In this document: positions 8,906 through 17,739 of the stretch, piece by piece
Layout: each line of letters starts with the position of its first letter
Numbering within the stretch: position 1 is the stretch's first letter
Source: an uncultured Acidobacteriaceae bacterium
GTDB taxonomy: Bacteria; Acidobacteriota; Terriglobia; Terriglobales; Acidobacteriaceae
Direction: 5' to 3'
Length of the DNA stretch: 64,000 bases
Assembly (NCBI GenBank): GCA_903904755.1
Contig: CAIVDV010000045.1
Coordinates: 43,284 to 107,283 of the forward strand
Translations under genes and position numbers: made by a program
Notes under the pieces: generated by a model
What the model was told of the DNA's origin: nothing
What the model saw: only the letters and a program-made list of their open reading frames with translations
The model's database searches: none

Positions 8906-10024
8906 CTAGAGGGCGCGGAGGAGGAGAACGGTGATGTTGTCGACGCCGCCGCGCCGTTTGGCGATGGCGATGAGGGTTTGGGGGCCAGCGGAGAACTCAG
9001 TGGCGGAGAGGACTTCGAGGATTTCGTCGCCTGTGAGGTAGCGGGTGAGGCCGTCAGAGGCGATGAGGACGAGGTCGCCGGGATGGGGCTGAACGGCGAA
9101 GAAGTCGGGATTGACTTCAGCGCCGGCCCCGATGGCGCGGGTGATGACGGATTCCATACCCTTGAGGTCGACGTTGTGGGCGTTTTCGAGGGCGACGGTG
9201 CCGTTGCGGATGAGTTCGTTGAGGTAGGAGTGGTCGATGGTGATCTGGAGGCAGCGGCCGGGCTTGAGCATGTAGGCGCGGCTGTCGCCGACGTTTCCGA
9301 TGATGAGGGAGTCGCCTTCCTGGGCTGCGGCGACGAGTGTGGTGCCCATGCCGCGATGCTCTGGCTGCTGTCCGAAGTCCCAGACAGCGGCGTTGGCGGC
9401 GCGGATGGCTTCCTGAAGGCGAGTGCCGACGGCGAGGCCGGAATTGGCTGAGGCGGAGAAGTTGCCAAGGGCGGTGGTGACCGCCATGGAGCTGGCGATT
9501 TCGCCGGAAGCCATGCCGCCCATGCCGTCACAGACGATGTAGAGGCCCTGAGCGGCGTCGTAGCCGTAGGAGTCTTCGTTGTTGGTACGGACGCAGCCAA
9601 TGTCAGAGAGTGCCGCGACCTGAAGGCGCAGGCCGGAGAGGTGCTGAGGAACCGCAGGAGCGGGCTCGGGAGGGGCGACATCGACGGGTTCGGGAGCTGT
9701 TGGAGGCTCCGGGGCAGGTTCGAGATGCACAGCGGGAGGCTCAGGGGCGGCAGCGGGTTCTGGGGCCACAATGGGCTCCGGAAGGGGCTCGGCGGCAGAT
9801 TCGGTCACGAGAGATTCGGAGATGCGGAATTCTTCCGAGAGGGAATTGGAAAAGGCTTCGAGGATGAGGCCCTCGGGCTCGACGGGTGACGGCGGCTCGG
9901 GCGCAGGCGGAGGGGCTTCCGGCGGGGTGGGGGGAAGTCCGAAGAGGTCGTCGAAGCTGGTTGGTTGCGAATGGGGAGCGCTGGGAGCTTCCGGTGGGGT
10001 GGTCGGATTCTCATGGTCGGTCAT
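8906..10024 (-). CDS. PP2C-family Ser/Thr phosphatase (PppA-like) with a ~130-aa Pro/Glu/Ala-rich N-terminal extension
   Basis: PP2C motifs RTNNEDS, VCDGMGGMASGEIAS, GNVGDSRAY, IASDGL and GGVDNITVLLL. The N-terminus has many PEP/APEP repeats. It is the last gene of the tssK-tssL-tssM arm. Confidence 0.88.
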   Translation of the reverse strand: MTDHENPTTPPEAPSAPHSQPTSFDDLFGLPPTPPEAPPPAPEPPSPVEPEGLILEAFSNSLSEEFRISESLVTESAAEPLPEPIVAPEPAAAPEPPAVHLEPAPEPPTAPEPVDVAPPEPAPAVPQHLSGLRLQVAALSDIGCVRTNNEDSYGYDAAQGLYIVCDGMGGMASGEIASSMAVTTALGNFSASANSGLAVGTRLQEAIRAANAAVWDFGQQPEHRGMGTTLVAAAQEGDSLIIGNVGDSRAYMLKPGRCLQITIDHSYLNELIRNGTVALENAHNVDLKGMESVITRAIGAGAEVNPDFFAVQPHPGDLVLIASDGLTRYLTGDEILEVLSATEFSAGPQTLIAIAKRRGGVDNITVLLLRAL

Positions 10025-10117
10025 GGTGATTGGGTTCCTCGTCCTGACGCCAGGGTTGGGATAAGCCGGATTGAGGGAGAGGGGCGGAGCCCTGTGGAGG
10101 GCTCCGCTTGCCGGAGG

Positions 10118-13100
10118 CTACCAGGAGCAGTGCATCTGGGCCATGTACTTGGGATCGAGGAGGACAGCGCCGGGGCCACCGACATCGAAGCGGACGGTCT
10201 GTTTGTTCTGGCCGTTGACGTTGAAGTCGTATTCGAGGCGGTTGGCCGCGGGGTGAAGGGCCCAGAAGGCGAAGTGGAAGAGAGGCCAGGCGCCGGTATT
10301 GGTGACGGTCTGGGTGGATTTGAGGGTGAAGGTACCGCCGGGGCGTGAGCGCCAGTGGATGTTTGTGGTCTGGCCAGGGGCGGCTACGGGTTCCGCATCG
10401 AAGTTGAGCGCGACGGTGGGGGAGGCGGGGTCCTTGACGGTGGAGATGGTAACGTCGAGGCCGGGTTGCGGGCCGGAGGCGAAGACGAGGGAAGAGAACT
10501 TCTGCGCGGCGTTGAAGAAGTGCAGGAAGTTGTGGCTGACAGGCACGGCGGAGCCGGGGGCGGGAACCCACTGGCCGCCCTGGTTGACGATGAGCTGCTT
10601 GAGGCTGCTGTCGTAGACCTTTGCGAGTGCTCCGGTGCCGGGTGCGAAGAGGCCTGCGACTTCCTCCGGAGTGGCTTCGTCGGTGGCCTGGGGGTTGAAG
10701 GGGAATTTGGCGAGGGTGGGGCCAGCCTGGGAGCAGAAGCCCTTGGCACCGCCACCGGCAGCCTGAGCCGGAGCGGCAGCGGCGAGAGCGATGGCGGCCT
10801 TGATGGGTGCCTCCAGGAGGTTGAAGGAGACGGTATCCATCTTGCCGTCAGGGTCAGCGAGGAAGCTGGTGCGGAGGGTTCCGGCGGCCATATCGGCCTG
10901 GCTTGCAGCCTGAACAACGGGCTGGGCTGCGGCAGGGTCGTTGGCGCTGAGGGGGTTCTGGGTTAGGGTGCTGATGGCCTGGTAGAGCCCCTGGAGGCCG
11001 GTGATATAGGGCGTGTTGGTGGGAGCGATGAACTGGTTGGCCGGGGAGTTGCCGGGGACGACGGCCTGGGGAGCCTGGAAGCTCTGGGCGATGTCTGGCG
11101 AGGCGACGGAGGTATTGGCCGAAGCGAGCGAGAAGAGCTCGAGGATGGGTGAGGTGTTGCTGTCGAGGGTGCTGAGTTTGTCGGCAGCGTCCTTCCAGTT
11201 TTGGTAGCCGGTGAAGTGCGCGGCGTTCATGTAGGCGCGCCAGGCAGCGCGGAAGTCGCCCAGATACTGCTTCTGGAGGAGTCCGGGGAGGGTGATGAGG
11301 TCAACGTTGGGACCGGATTGTGCGCCGAGGACCCACTCTTCGCCACGGAAGTAGGGCTCAGGGTGGGCGATGGCGTCCTGCATAAATCCGTAGCCGCCCT
11401 TGGAGAAGGCACCGGCGACGGAGTAGCGGTCGATGATGAATTTGTCGGAGCCGGGGAACTTGTCGTTGAAGACGGTGGCGGGGAATTTGTGGCTGGCTGC
11501 GGCGATCATGCTGGCGTAGATGGCCTGCGCGCCCTGGAAGTGGGCGAGATAGTCGCGAGCATGGGAGACGGCGTCCTTGTCGGCCTGGCCACCGATGGAG
11601 GCCAGGCAGGAGTTGGGTTCGGCGAGGATGCCGGCGTAGAGGGTGAACTGGTTCTGCGCGAGGGCGGTGAGGTCGGCGGAGGGGTTGAGGGTTCCGGCCC
11701 AGGCCTGAGTGAGGACGGCGGGCAGGAAGTCCACGGTGCTCTTGTCAGGGTTGGTGGTGGTGATGAGGTATGCCTTGAGGGGGCGGTAGGTGTCGGTGTA
11801 GACGGCGTCGGCGGTGGGTGGGGACTGGAGGCCGCGGAGCTGTGCGAGGATGTTGGCCTGGGTGGCACCGAGGAGGAGGCGCTGGAAGTGGGAGCCGTAG
11901 GCGTGGCAGGCGGCATCGTAGACAGCGGGCGTATTGTTGATGCCCCAGCGATAGCTGAGGGGTGCGCCGTCTTTGCGGTATCCCTGGAGCTCGACGATGA
12001 CCTGGCGGAGTTGGTCGAGGGCCTGGAGGTCGGCTGCGGTGGGCAGGTCGCCACGGTTGACGAGGTGGGCGGGAATGGCTGCGGCCTGCTGGGCTCGGTG
12101 CTCGATGCTACTGTTTTTGAAGTAGGAGACGCTAAGCAGCACGAGGTAAATGAAGGCCAGCGCGGAGGCAGAAGCGAGTAGCAGGCGCTTGACGAAGTTG
12201 ACCTTGGTGCTGGCGCGGCTGGATTCGAGTGCGGACTTGTCGGCCAGGAGGATGTTGGCGAAGAGGTGTGGCAGGAAGACCCACTGGGGAACCTTGCGGA
12301 CGCCACCGCCGGAGGAGCGAACGGGCTGGACGGGCTGCTGGGCGGCAAAGGAGAAGACGCGGGTGGCGTTGGTCTCAGAGCCTTGAACGGGGGCCTGGGG
12401 CGCGGCGGCCATGTTGAGGACATCCTCAACGAAGTGAGCGCGCATGCCGGTGAAGAAGAATCCGCGGAGGAAGGGGTTGACGCCGAGCTGGGAGGGGCGG
12501 GCGACTTCCACGAGGAAGTCGAGGATGCCCTGTCGGAGCTTGCGGAGGTCGCGGGGGAATTCGTAGCCGCGGGCGAGGGCGTCGGGTTCGCCGCCGCGGG
12601 AGAGGACTTCGAGACGGAACTCTGAGAGGTCGTGGATGATTTCGCCGAAGCGCTGGTCAGCCTGGGCGGTGGCTTTTTCCGCATAGAGGCCGGCGCCGAC
12701 GCCGAGAGGGGCGAGGAGGGTGCCGAGGGGGGAGCGGACTTCGTCCGTGGTGAGGCGGGCTACGTAGTCGGCAAAGCTGGGGATGCGGTCGATTTTGGTG
12801 AAGAGGACGTAGACCGGGACGGAGATGCCGAGGGTTTGGGAGAGCTGGCGGAGTCGCTCGTTGAGGGACTGGGCGAGGGCGCGGATCTGCTCGGAGGTAT
12901 TGGGCGACATAAGGCGCTCAATGCTGACGCAGACGACGACGGCACGGGCGGGGATCTTTGAGGAAGAGGAGAAGGCTGCGCCGAGGCGCGCGGGCGCGGT
13001 GAGGCGGAGGAGGCGGAGCCAGAGTGGGGCCTGCCGCAGGAGCGCGCCGCCAGCCTCAACAAATGCGCTGGAGCCGGTGAGCCAGATGTTGGCGAACTGG

Positions 13101-13519
13101 GTGGGGACGAGCGACTGGTCACGGTATGTTTGGCCGGCGAGGAGTTCTGGTTCGAGGCCGGACTGGAGGACGGTTTGGGTTTTGGCGGAGTTTTCGTCGC
13201 CAACGATGTAGACGAGGGGCAGGGCGGCGAGGGATTTTGCGCCGGAGTGGGAGCCCTGGCGGAGGCGGTTGTTGGCGTCGGCGAAGAGGGCATCGAGGCT
13301 GGAATTCTCAGTGGAGTTGCCGGCATCTGCGCCGTCAAAGGGAGCGAGGTACTTCTTCTGGTACCAGAGGTAGAAGAGGAATGCGGCGACACCGATGCCG
13401 CCGAGGAGCAGGCAGAAGATGACGAACTTCATGCCTTCCATGTGGAGGAGCAGGGCGGTTCCGACGACGATGGCGAGGTAGACGACAAAGATGATGAGAG
13501 CAATCCAGGTACGCTTCAT
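10118..13519 (-). CDS. tssM: Type VI secretion membrane complex protein TssM (IcmF family)
   Basis: 1133 aa. Two N-terminal TM helices, a cytoplasmic P-loop-like segment (VYIVGDENSAKT), a third TM (LLLASASALAFIYLVLLSV) and a large periplasmic domain. Overlaps tssL by 4 nt. Confidence 0.92.
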   Translation of the reverse strand: MKRTWIALIIFVVYLAIVVGTALLLHMEGMKFVIFCLLLGGIGVAAFLFYLWYQKKYLAPFDGADAGNSTENSSLDALFADANNRLRQGSHSGAKSLAALPLVYIVGDENSAKTQTVLQSGLEPELLAGQTYRDQSLVPTQFANIWLTGSSAFVEAGGALLRQAPLWLRLLRLTAPARLGAAFSSSSKIPARAVVVCVSIERLMSPNTSEQIRALAQSLNERLRQLSQTLGISVPVYVLFTKIDRIPSFADYVARLTTDEVRSPLGTLLAPLGVGAGLYAEKATAQADQRFGEIIHDLSEFRLEVLSRGGEPDALARGYEFPRDLRKLRQGILDFLVEVARPSQLGVNPFLRGFFFTGMRAHFVEDVLNMAAAPQAPVQGSETNATRVFSFAAQQPVQPVRSSGGGVRKVPQWVFLPHLFANILLADKSALESSRASTKVNFVKRLLLASASALAFIYLVLLSVSYFKNSSIEHRAQQAAAIPAHLVNRGDLPTAADLQALDQLRQVIVELQGYRKDGAPLSYRWGINNTPAVYDAACHAYGSHFQRLLLGATQANILAQLRGLQSPPTADAVYTDTYRPLKAYLITTTNPDKSTVDFLPAVLTQAWAGTLNPSADLTALAQNQFTLYAGILAEPNSCLASIGGQADKDAVSHARDYLAHFQGAQAIYASMIAAASHKFPATVFNDKFPGSDKFIIDRYSVAGAFSKGGYGFMQDAIAHPEPYFRGEEWVLGAQSGPNVDLITLPGLLQKQYLGDFRAAWRAYMNAAHFTGYQNWKDAADKLSTLDSNTSPILELFSLASANTSVASPDIAQSFQAPQAVVPGNSPANQFIAPTNTPYITGLQGLYQAISTLTQNPLSANDPAAAQPVVQAASQADMAAGTLRTSFLADPDGKMDTVSFNLLEAPIKAAIALAAAAPAQAAGGGAKGFCSQAGPTLAKFPFNPQATDEATPEEVAGLFAPGTGALAKVYDSSLKQLIVNQGGQWVPAPGSAVPVSHNFLHFFNAAQKFSSLVFASGPQPGLDVTISTVKDPASPTVALNFDAEPVAAPGQTTNIHWRSRPGGTFTLKSTQTVTNTGAWPLFHFAFWALHPAANRLEYDFNVNGQNKQTVRFDVGGPGAVLLDPKYMAQMHCSW

Positions 13520-14262
13520 GCTGCCACCCCCGCGATGAGGTTGAGGAGAGAGGAGTTGATGGCCAGGAGGGCGGTGGGGATGGCTCCGACACCGGACTTG
13601 AGGAGCAGGGTGTAGGCGGCAAAGCCAACCACGGTGAGGACGACAAGGACGATGGCTGCGGTGGCCAGGGTTCGTACCCAGGGGTCTTTGGGTGGAGCGG
13701 TTTTGACCTCGGCGGTTTCGCGCTGGCGGACGAGGACGTATGGGCCCCGGATGCGGGCGATTTTGTCGCGGATCTGGCGGACGATCTGATGGGCTTCCGA
13801 GCCGTCGCCGAAGGCCATTTTGCCTCGGTAACCGAGCAGGAGGCAGACGGCGTGGAGTTCGAGGGCGTCGGCAACTTCGGAGGTGTCGGGGCGGCCGAGG
13901 AGGTCGTTGACGTGGCGGAAGAAGTATTCGCCGGCGAAGAAGCCGCCGAACATTTCGGCCTGGAGGGGTTTTCCGGACCAGTCCTGGAAGGCGGGGTCGT
14001 GGGTGGAGAGGACGCTTTCGTCAAGGAAGCCGACCATGGCGTAGAGGGCCATCTGGGAGGTGTCGTCGGAGTATCCGAGGGCGCGCACCTGCTGGACGGC
14101 GGTGGAGATCATCTTCTTCATGTTGGCGCGGAAGGCTGCGGAGTCTGCGACGGGCTGCAGACGATGGCGGATGCGCAGTATGACGGTGATGACGTCCTGG
14201 AAGGCGAGGCCAAGGCTGTTGGTGCGATGGAATGCGGGCGAGGCGGCGGTAGGGGTGCTCAT
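13516..14262 (-). CDS. tssL: Type VI secretion protein TssL (DotU family)
   Basis: DotU-type cytoplasmic domain (ALYAMVGFLDESVL...FFRHVNDLL...LELHAVCLLLGYRGK) plus a single C-terminal TM. There is no OmpA/peptidoglycan-binding extension. Confidence 0.9.
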   Translation of the reverse strand: MSTPTAASPAFHRTNSLGLAFQDVITVILRIRHRLQPVADSAAFRANMKKMISTAVQQVRALGYSDDTSQMALYAMVGFLDESVLSTHDPAFQDWSGKPLQAEMFGGFFAGEYFFRHVNDLLGRPDTSEVADALELHAVCLLLGYRGKMAFGDGSEAHQIVRQIRDKIARIRGPYVLVRQRETAEVKTAPPKDPWVRTLATAAIVLVVLTVVGFAAYTLLLKSGVGAIPTALLAINSSLLNLIAGVAA

Positions 14263-15611
14263 CCGTTTGACTCCGTAAGAATGGTGATCTCGAAGGCGGA
14301 GCGGCCGAACTCTTCCGGCAGGTAGACGCCGACTTTTCGGGTCTGCAGGATGTGTTGCCAGCAGGCGCCATCGAGGCTGATGGAGAAGTAGTGCATGTCG
14401 GCCTGGGCCGGCAGTGCGGAAGGGGTGACGGGGAGGTGAGTGAGTTCCATGCCGGGGAGGGCACGCTGAATGAGCTTGACGACGCCCTCGGCGGAGCAGA
14501 CTTTGGTGCGGGCGGGGACGAGGCGGAGGAGGTTACTTTCGCTGATGTCGGAGCGGACGCCGAGAATCCATCGGCAGCGGCGGAGGCAGCGTTCGTCTTC
14601 GACGCTGGCGATGAAGATGAACTGGTCGGTACGGGTGAAGTTGAGGGTGATGGCGTTGGAGGGTACGACGATTTCGAGATGACGGCGGATGTGCGCGTCG
14701 AGGGCGGCGAAGACCTGGGCGAGATTCTCGTGGTTGTAGGCGGGAATCTGGGCTGGGGAGGAGTCGAGGGCGAAGGTGCAGAGGGCTCCGGCGAGCTTGA
14801 CGAGGTCGTGATAGAGCTCGACGGGGTGGCTGCGGCGGGAGGCGAGGTGGTTGCGAAGGGTGGGCAGGGCGGAGCAGAGGGAGTGGAGGAACCAATAGTT
14901 GGCGACATCGAGGGCCGAGGTTCCGGCCTCAAACTGCCCGGCGGCGTGCTTGCGGCGGTGGACGGTGGTGACTTTTTCCTCGAGGCCTTCAATGAGTTTG
15001 GTGAGGAAGAGGAGGAGAGCCTCATTGGCGCCGATTCGGAGGCAGGGCGGGATGAAGGCGGGGTCAACGGCGAAGCCGCCGCGGCCGTCGCGGACGATGC
15101 GTGCGACGGGGATGGAGACGGAGGTTTCGTTGAGCTGGGACTGGCCGAGAAGGAGGAGATTCTTCTTGCCGAAGGTGACGGAGGACTCGTCGTCGCTGGT
15201 GGTTTCGTCGCGGAGGGTGCGCTGGACGGGGGAGTAGCGGACGTCAGGCGTGGACGAGTTATCGCAATCGAGACCGTGGTCGCGGCGCTGGGGAACGGCG
15301 AGGTAGAGGATGAGTTCGGTGTCAGTGGGTGTGAATAGCTCCGGGAGGTTGACGGGGGCCGGTGCTTCGTCACTGCCGGGGAAGTCGAAGATAAGGCCGT
15401 CGGGGAAGATGCCGGAGGCAAAGCTGATGATGGCGGTGCCGTTGCGAATGGCTTCAGTGTCGAGCGAAAGGTGGAGCAAGCCCCACGGGTCCTGCTGGAG
15501 CGTGGAGTTGAGGAACCAGAGGGAGTCCTCAAAATAGCGGCTTTGGGTTTGGAAATGATGTGGGCCGAGATGCATTCCCTCGGACCAGACAACTCGCGAC
15601 AGAAACCTCAT
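14259..15611 (-). CDS. tssK: Type VI secretion baseplate protein TssK (paralog 1)
   Basis: Canonical N-terminus MRFLSRVVWSEGMHLGPHHFQTQSRYFED, 450 aa, 4-nt overlap with tssL. Confidence 0.92.
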   Translation of the reverse strand: MRFLSRVVWSEGMHLGPHHFQTQSRYFEDSLWFLNSTLQQDPWGLLHLSLDTEAIRNGTAIISFASGIFPDGLIFDFPGSDEAPAPVNLPELFTPTDTELILYLAVPQRRDHGLDCDNSSTPDVRYSPVQRTLRDETTSDDESSVTFGKKNLLLLGQSQLNETSVSIPVARIVRDGRGGFAVDPAFIPPCLRIGANEALLLFLTKLIEGLEEKVTTVHRRKHAAGQFEAGTSALDVANYWFLHSLCSALPTLRNHLASRRSHPVELYHDLVKLAGALCTFALDSSPAQIPAYNHENLAQVFAALDAHIRRHLEIVVPSNAITLNFTRTDQFIFIASVEDERCLRRCRWILGVRSDISESNLLRLVPARTKVCSAEGVVKLIQRALPGMELTHLPVTPSALPAQADMHYFSISLDGACWQHILQTRKVGVYLPEEFGRSAFEITILTESNG

Positions 15612-15871
15612 AGAACGTGACCGCCATCGTGCATCTGGTTTTGGGCGTCCCGCATGGACGGGAGGCCAGGGAAGAGCTTGGAACGAGGAAGAAGTTACGT
15701 TTGAGTCATCGACCGATGATGTTGAAACAACAACCGTTGAGAAATTCGCTGCAATTGTAAATTACAGTCGTCTTGCTCTGGGAAACAAATTTATGATACT
15801 CACGACGCAGAAGGAAAGCACAAAGTTATTCTGTGAAACAGAGTTAACAGGGGCACCCTGGGGAGCAATGC

Positions 15872-17665
15872 GTGATGGCTGAAGGTAGCGGTTCGGGAAG
15901 CGGGAAGCCGTGGGAAGAGAAGCGAGAGACCGAAGATTTGGGAGCTACCGGGGCCTTCAGCGTGCTGGGGGAAGCGGGAGGGGTAAAACCGGCTGCGACA
16001 CCGGCGAATGAGGGATGGAGCACGCCTGCGACGCCGATAGCGGCGGAGCAGCCTGTGATTCACTCCCTGAAGTTTACGACAGGAGAGCTGGAGCGTGACG
16101 ATGAGCGGCTGCGGCAGGTGCTTGGACAGGCCCCTGCGCCGGCGGCACCGGTTGCGCCGCCTGCTGCTCCGGTGGCAGCTCCGGCTTCGAGTGGGGGCTT
16201 TACGCAACTGCTGAACACGCTGGACTTCAAGACGCTGCCCAGCAGTCCGGCACCCAGCGCCCCGGCTGCGGTGACCGAGCAGGCGACGGCGGCGTTTGCG
16301 GCACCATCGTTTGCGCCGGTTACGCCGCCCGCGCCGCCGAGTTCGAGCGGAGGATTTACATCGCTGCTGAGCACCCTTGGTGGGGCGGAGCAGACGAGCG
16401 CCCCGGCGACGCCTTTCCAGCCGGTTGCCACGCCTCCTCCTCCGCCGCCGGTTGCGTATCGGGCGCCGGAGCCGGCGGCCCCGCCAGCGTCTTCGTCGGG
16501 TGGGTTTACGTCGCTGTTGAGCACGTTTGATTCGGGTGCGCCGCTACCACCGCCGAAGCCGGCTGAGCCGACGTACCGTGCGGTTTACGAGCCGCCGCCG
16601 GCTGCACCGGTGTATTCGGCACCTCCGACACCGAGTGCGCCAGTGTATTCGACTCCACCGCCGCCGAGTGCGGCACCGCCCGCAGGGGGCGGTCCGGGAT
16701 CGTTTACGCAACTGATGCAGGTTCTGGACCCGAAAGCGGGTGGGCCTGCGGCGAGTGCGACCCCAGCTTACACGCCTCCGCCACCAGTTTCGGCACCTCC
16801 GGCGAGTGGGCCGGGGTCGTTTACGAGCCTGGTGAATACCATGCCTCCGGCAACTCCGGTGCCGTCGACGAGTTGGTCTGCGCCGCCGAGAGAGAGTTCG
16901 CCAGCAGGGCGTGATCCGTGGGCGCCGGTGCCAACGGCGAAGCCAACGGGAGGGAATTTTGTCGGGTCGCAGCCAGTGGAGGCACCGGCTCCGACTGGGG
17001 GCGGGCTGACGCAACTGCTGCGAACGCTGGATGCGGCTGAGCCGGCACCGAGACCGGTTGAGCCGGTGCGCCTGATGGAGCCTGCTGTGGGTGGGCCAGG
17101 GGTGTTTACGCAGACGTTTGGGCAGCTTTCGAGTGCTCCGGTACCGCCGCCGCCGCCAGCACCGTCTGCGCCGTACCAGCCTATGTCCGCGGCAACGTCA
17201 AGCCCGCTACCGAGTTATGCTCCGCCGCCGCCAGCGCCGAGTTCGGCAGGGCCGAGCGAGGTGACGCGGATATTGAATGCCTCGCAGATACGGGAGGCTG
17301 CGCTGCGGGGTGGGGGTGCTGCGGCCGCTCCACCGCCGCCACCGGCACCGACGCCGATGGGGATGCCGCCGATTCCTGGGATGTATCCACCACAAATGGC
17401 GCCGATGCCACCGATGCCGCAAATGCCGCCGCCGCAGCCGTTCCCGCATATGGGCGGAGGAGGTGGCCAGATGCCGGGAATGCCGCCACCACCGGCAATG
17501 TATGTACCGCAGATGCCACAGGTGCCAGCGCCGCAGCCACCCCCACCGCCGAAGGTGGAAGCACCGAAGGCTGGCGGGCCGCCGATGCTGCCGCTGATCC
17601 TGATCATGGTGATTTTTGTGCTGGTGGTGGTGATTATTGCGCTGGTGTTTGCGATGAAGAAGTAG
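15872..17665 (+). CDS. Tail-anchored Pro/Ala-rich repeat protein with reiterated GGFTxLLxTL-type motifs; function unknown
   Basis: 597-aa ORF (GTG at 15872 or ATG at 15875). It has 7 clear and 2 degenerate copies of a ~10-aa motif, a Met/Pro-rich stretch, and a single C-terminal TM (LPLILIMVIFVLVVVIIALVFA) followed by MKK-stop. Motif copies differ at synonymous sites. A strong terminator follows. Confidence 0.8.
   Translation: MMAEGSGSGSGKPWEEKRETEDLGATGAFSVLGEAGGVKPAATPANEGWSTPATPIAAEQPVIHSLKFTTGELERDDERLRQVLGQAPAPAAPVAPPAAPVAAPASSGGFTQLLNTLDFKTLPSSPAPSAPAAVTEQATAAFAAPSFAPVTPPAPPSSSGGFTSLLSTLGGAEQTSAPATPFQPVATPPPPPPVAYRAPEPAAPPASSSGGFTSLLSTFDSGAPLPPPKPAEPTYRAVYEPPPAAPVYSAPPTPSAPVYSTPPPPSAAPPAGGGPGSFTQLMQVLDPKAGGPAASATPAYTPPPPVSAPPASGPGSFTSLVNTMPPATPVPSTSWSAPPRESSPAGRDPWAPVPTAKPTGGNFVGSQPVEAPAPTGGGLTQLLRTLDAAEPAPRPVEPVRLMEPAVGGPGVFTQTFGQLSSAPVPPPPPAPSAPYQPMSAATSSPLPSYAPPPPAPSSAGPSEVTRILNASQIREAALRGGGAAAAPPPPPAPTPMGMPPIPGMYPPQMAPMPPMPQMPPPQPFPHMGGGGGQMPGMPPPPAMYVPQMPQVPAPQPPPPPKVEAPKAGGPPMLPLILIMVIFVLVVVIIALVFAMKK
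16190..17128 (+). repeat. Peptide-level repeats (G-[GP]-[GS]-F-T-x-L-[LMV]-x-[TV]-[LMF]) inside the CDS 15872..17665
   Basis: Copies at 16190-16222, 16343-16378, 16493-16528, 16691-16726, 16808-16843, 16997-17029 and 17093-17128. Degenerate copies at 15941-15970 and 17249-17278. Confidence 0.85.
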
Positions 17666-17678
17666 AAATACAGGCAGG

Positions 17679-17718
17679 AAAAAGCCCCTGGGTCCCGGGT
17701 GGGATTCAGGGGCTTTTT
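17679..17718. terminator. Bidirectional terminator between the repeat-protein gene and the convergent tssK paralog 2
   Basis: AAAAAGCCCCTG ... CAGGGGCTTTTT, a GC-rich stem flanked by A5 and T5 runs. Confidence 0.8.
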
Positions 17719-17739
17719 GCGTTTGCGGGTGAATGGGGG

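Noticed and set aside
10355-12684. Long ORFs inside tssM on both strands (10355..10966 +, 11201..12181 +, 11506..12684 -, 12760..13392 -).
   Set aside because: These are shadow ORFs with G/E/V/A or P/S/T/A bias. The 1133-aa TssM frame explains the region.
14021-15592. 523-aa Pro/Ser/Thr/Ala-rich minus-strand ORF spanning tssL and tssK.
   Set aside because: It is an alternative frame of two well-supported genes, and its low-complexity composition is the only feature.
16060-17607. Antisense and alternative-frame ORFs over the repeat-protein gene (16060..16524 -, 16544..17014 -, 17215..17607 -, 17277..17597 +). I also considered whether the 597-aa ORF itself is a GC artefact or a DNA repeat or CRISPR-like array.
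   Set aside because: The repeats are conserved at the peptide level with synonymous DNA differences, so the + frame is the selected one. It ends in a clean TM helix plus terminator. Spacing and sequence are incompatible with a CRISPR array, since there are no identical DNA repeats.
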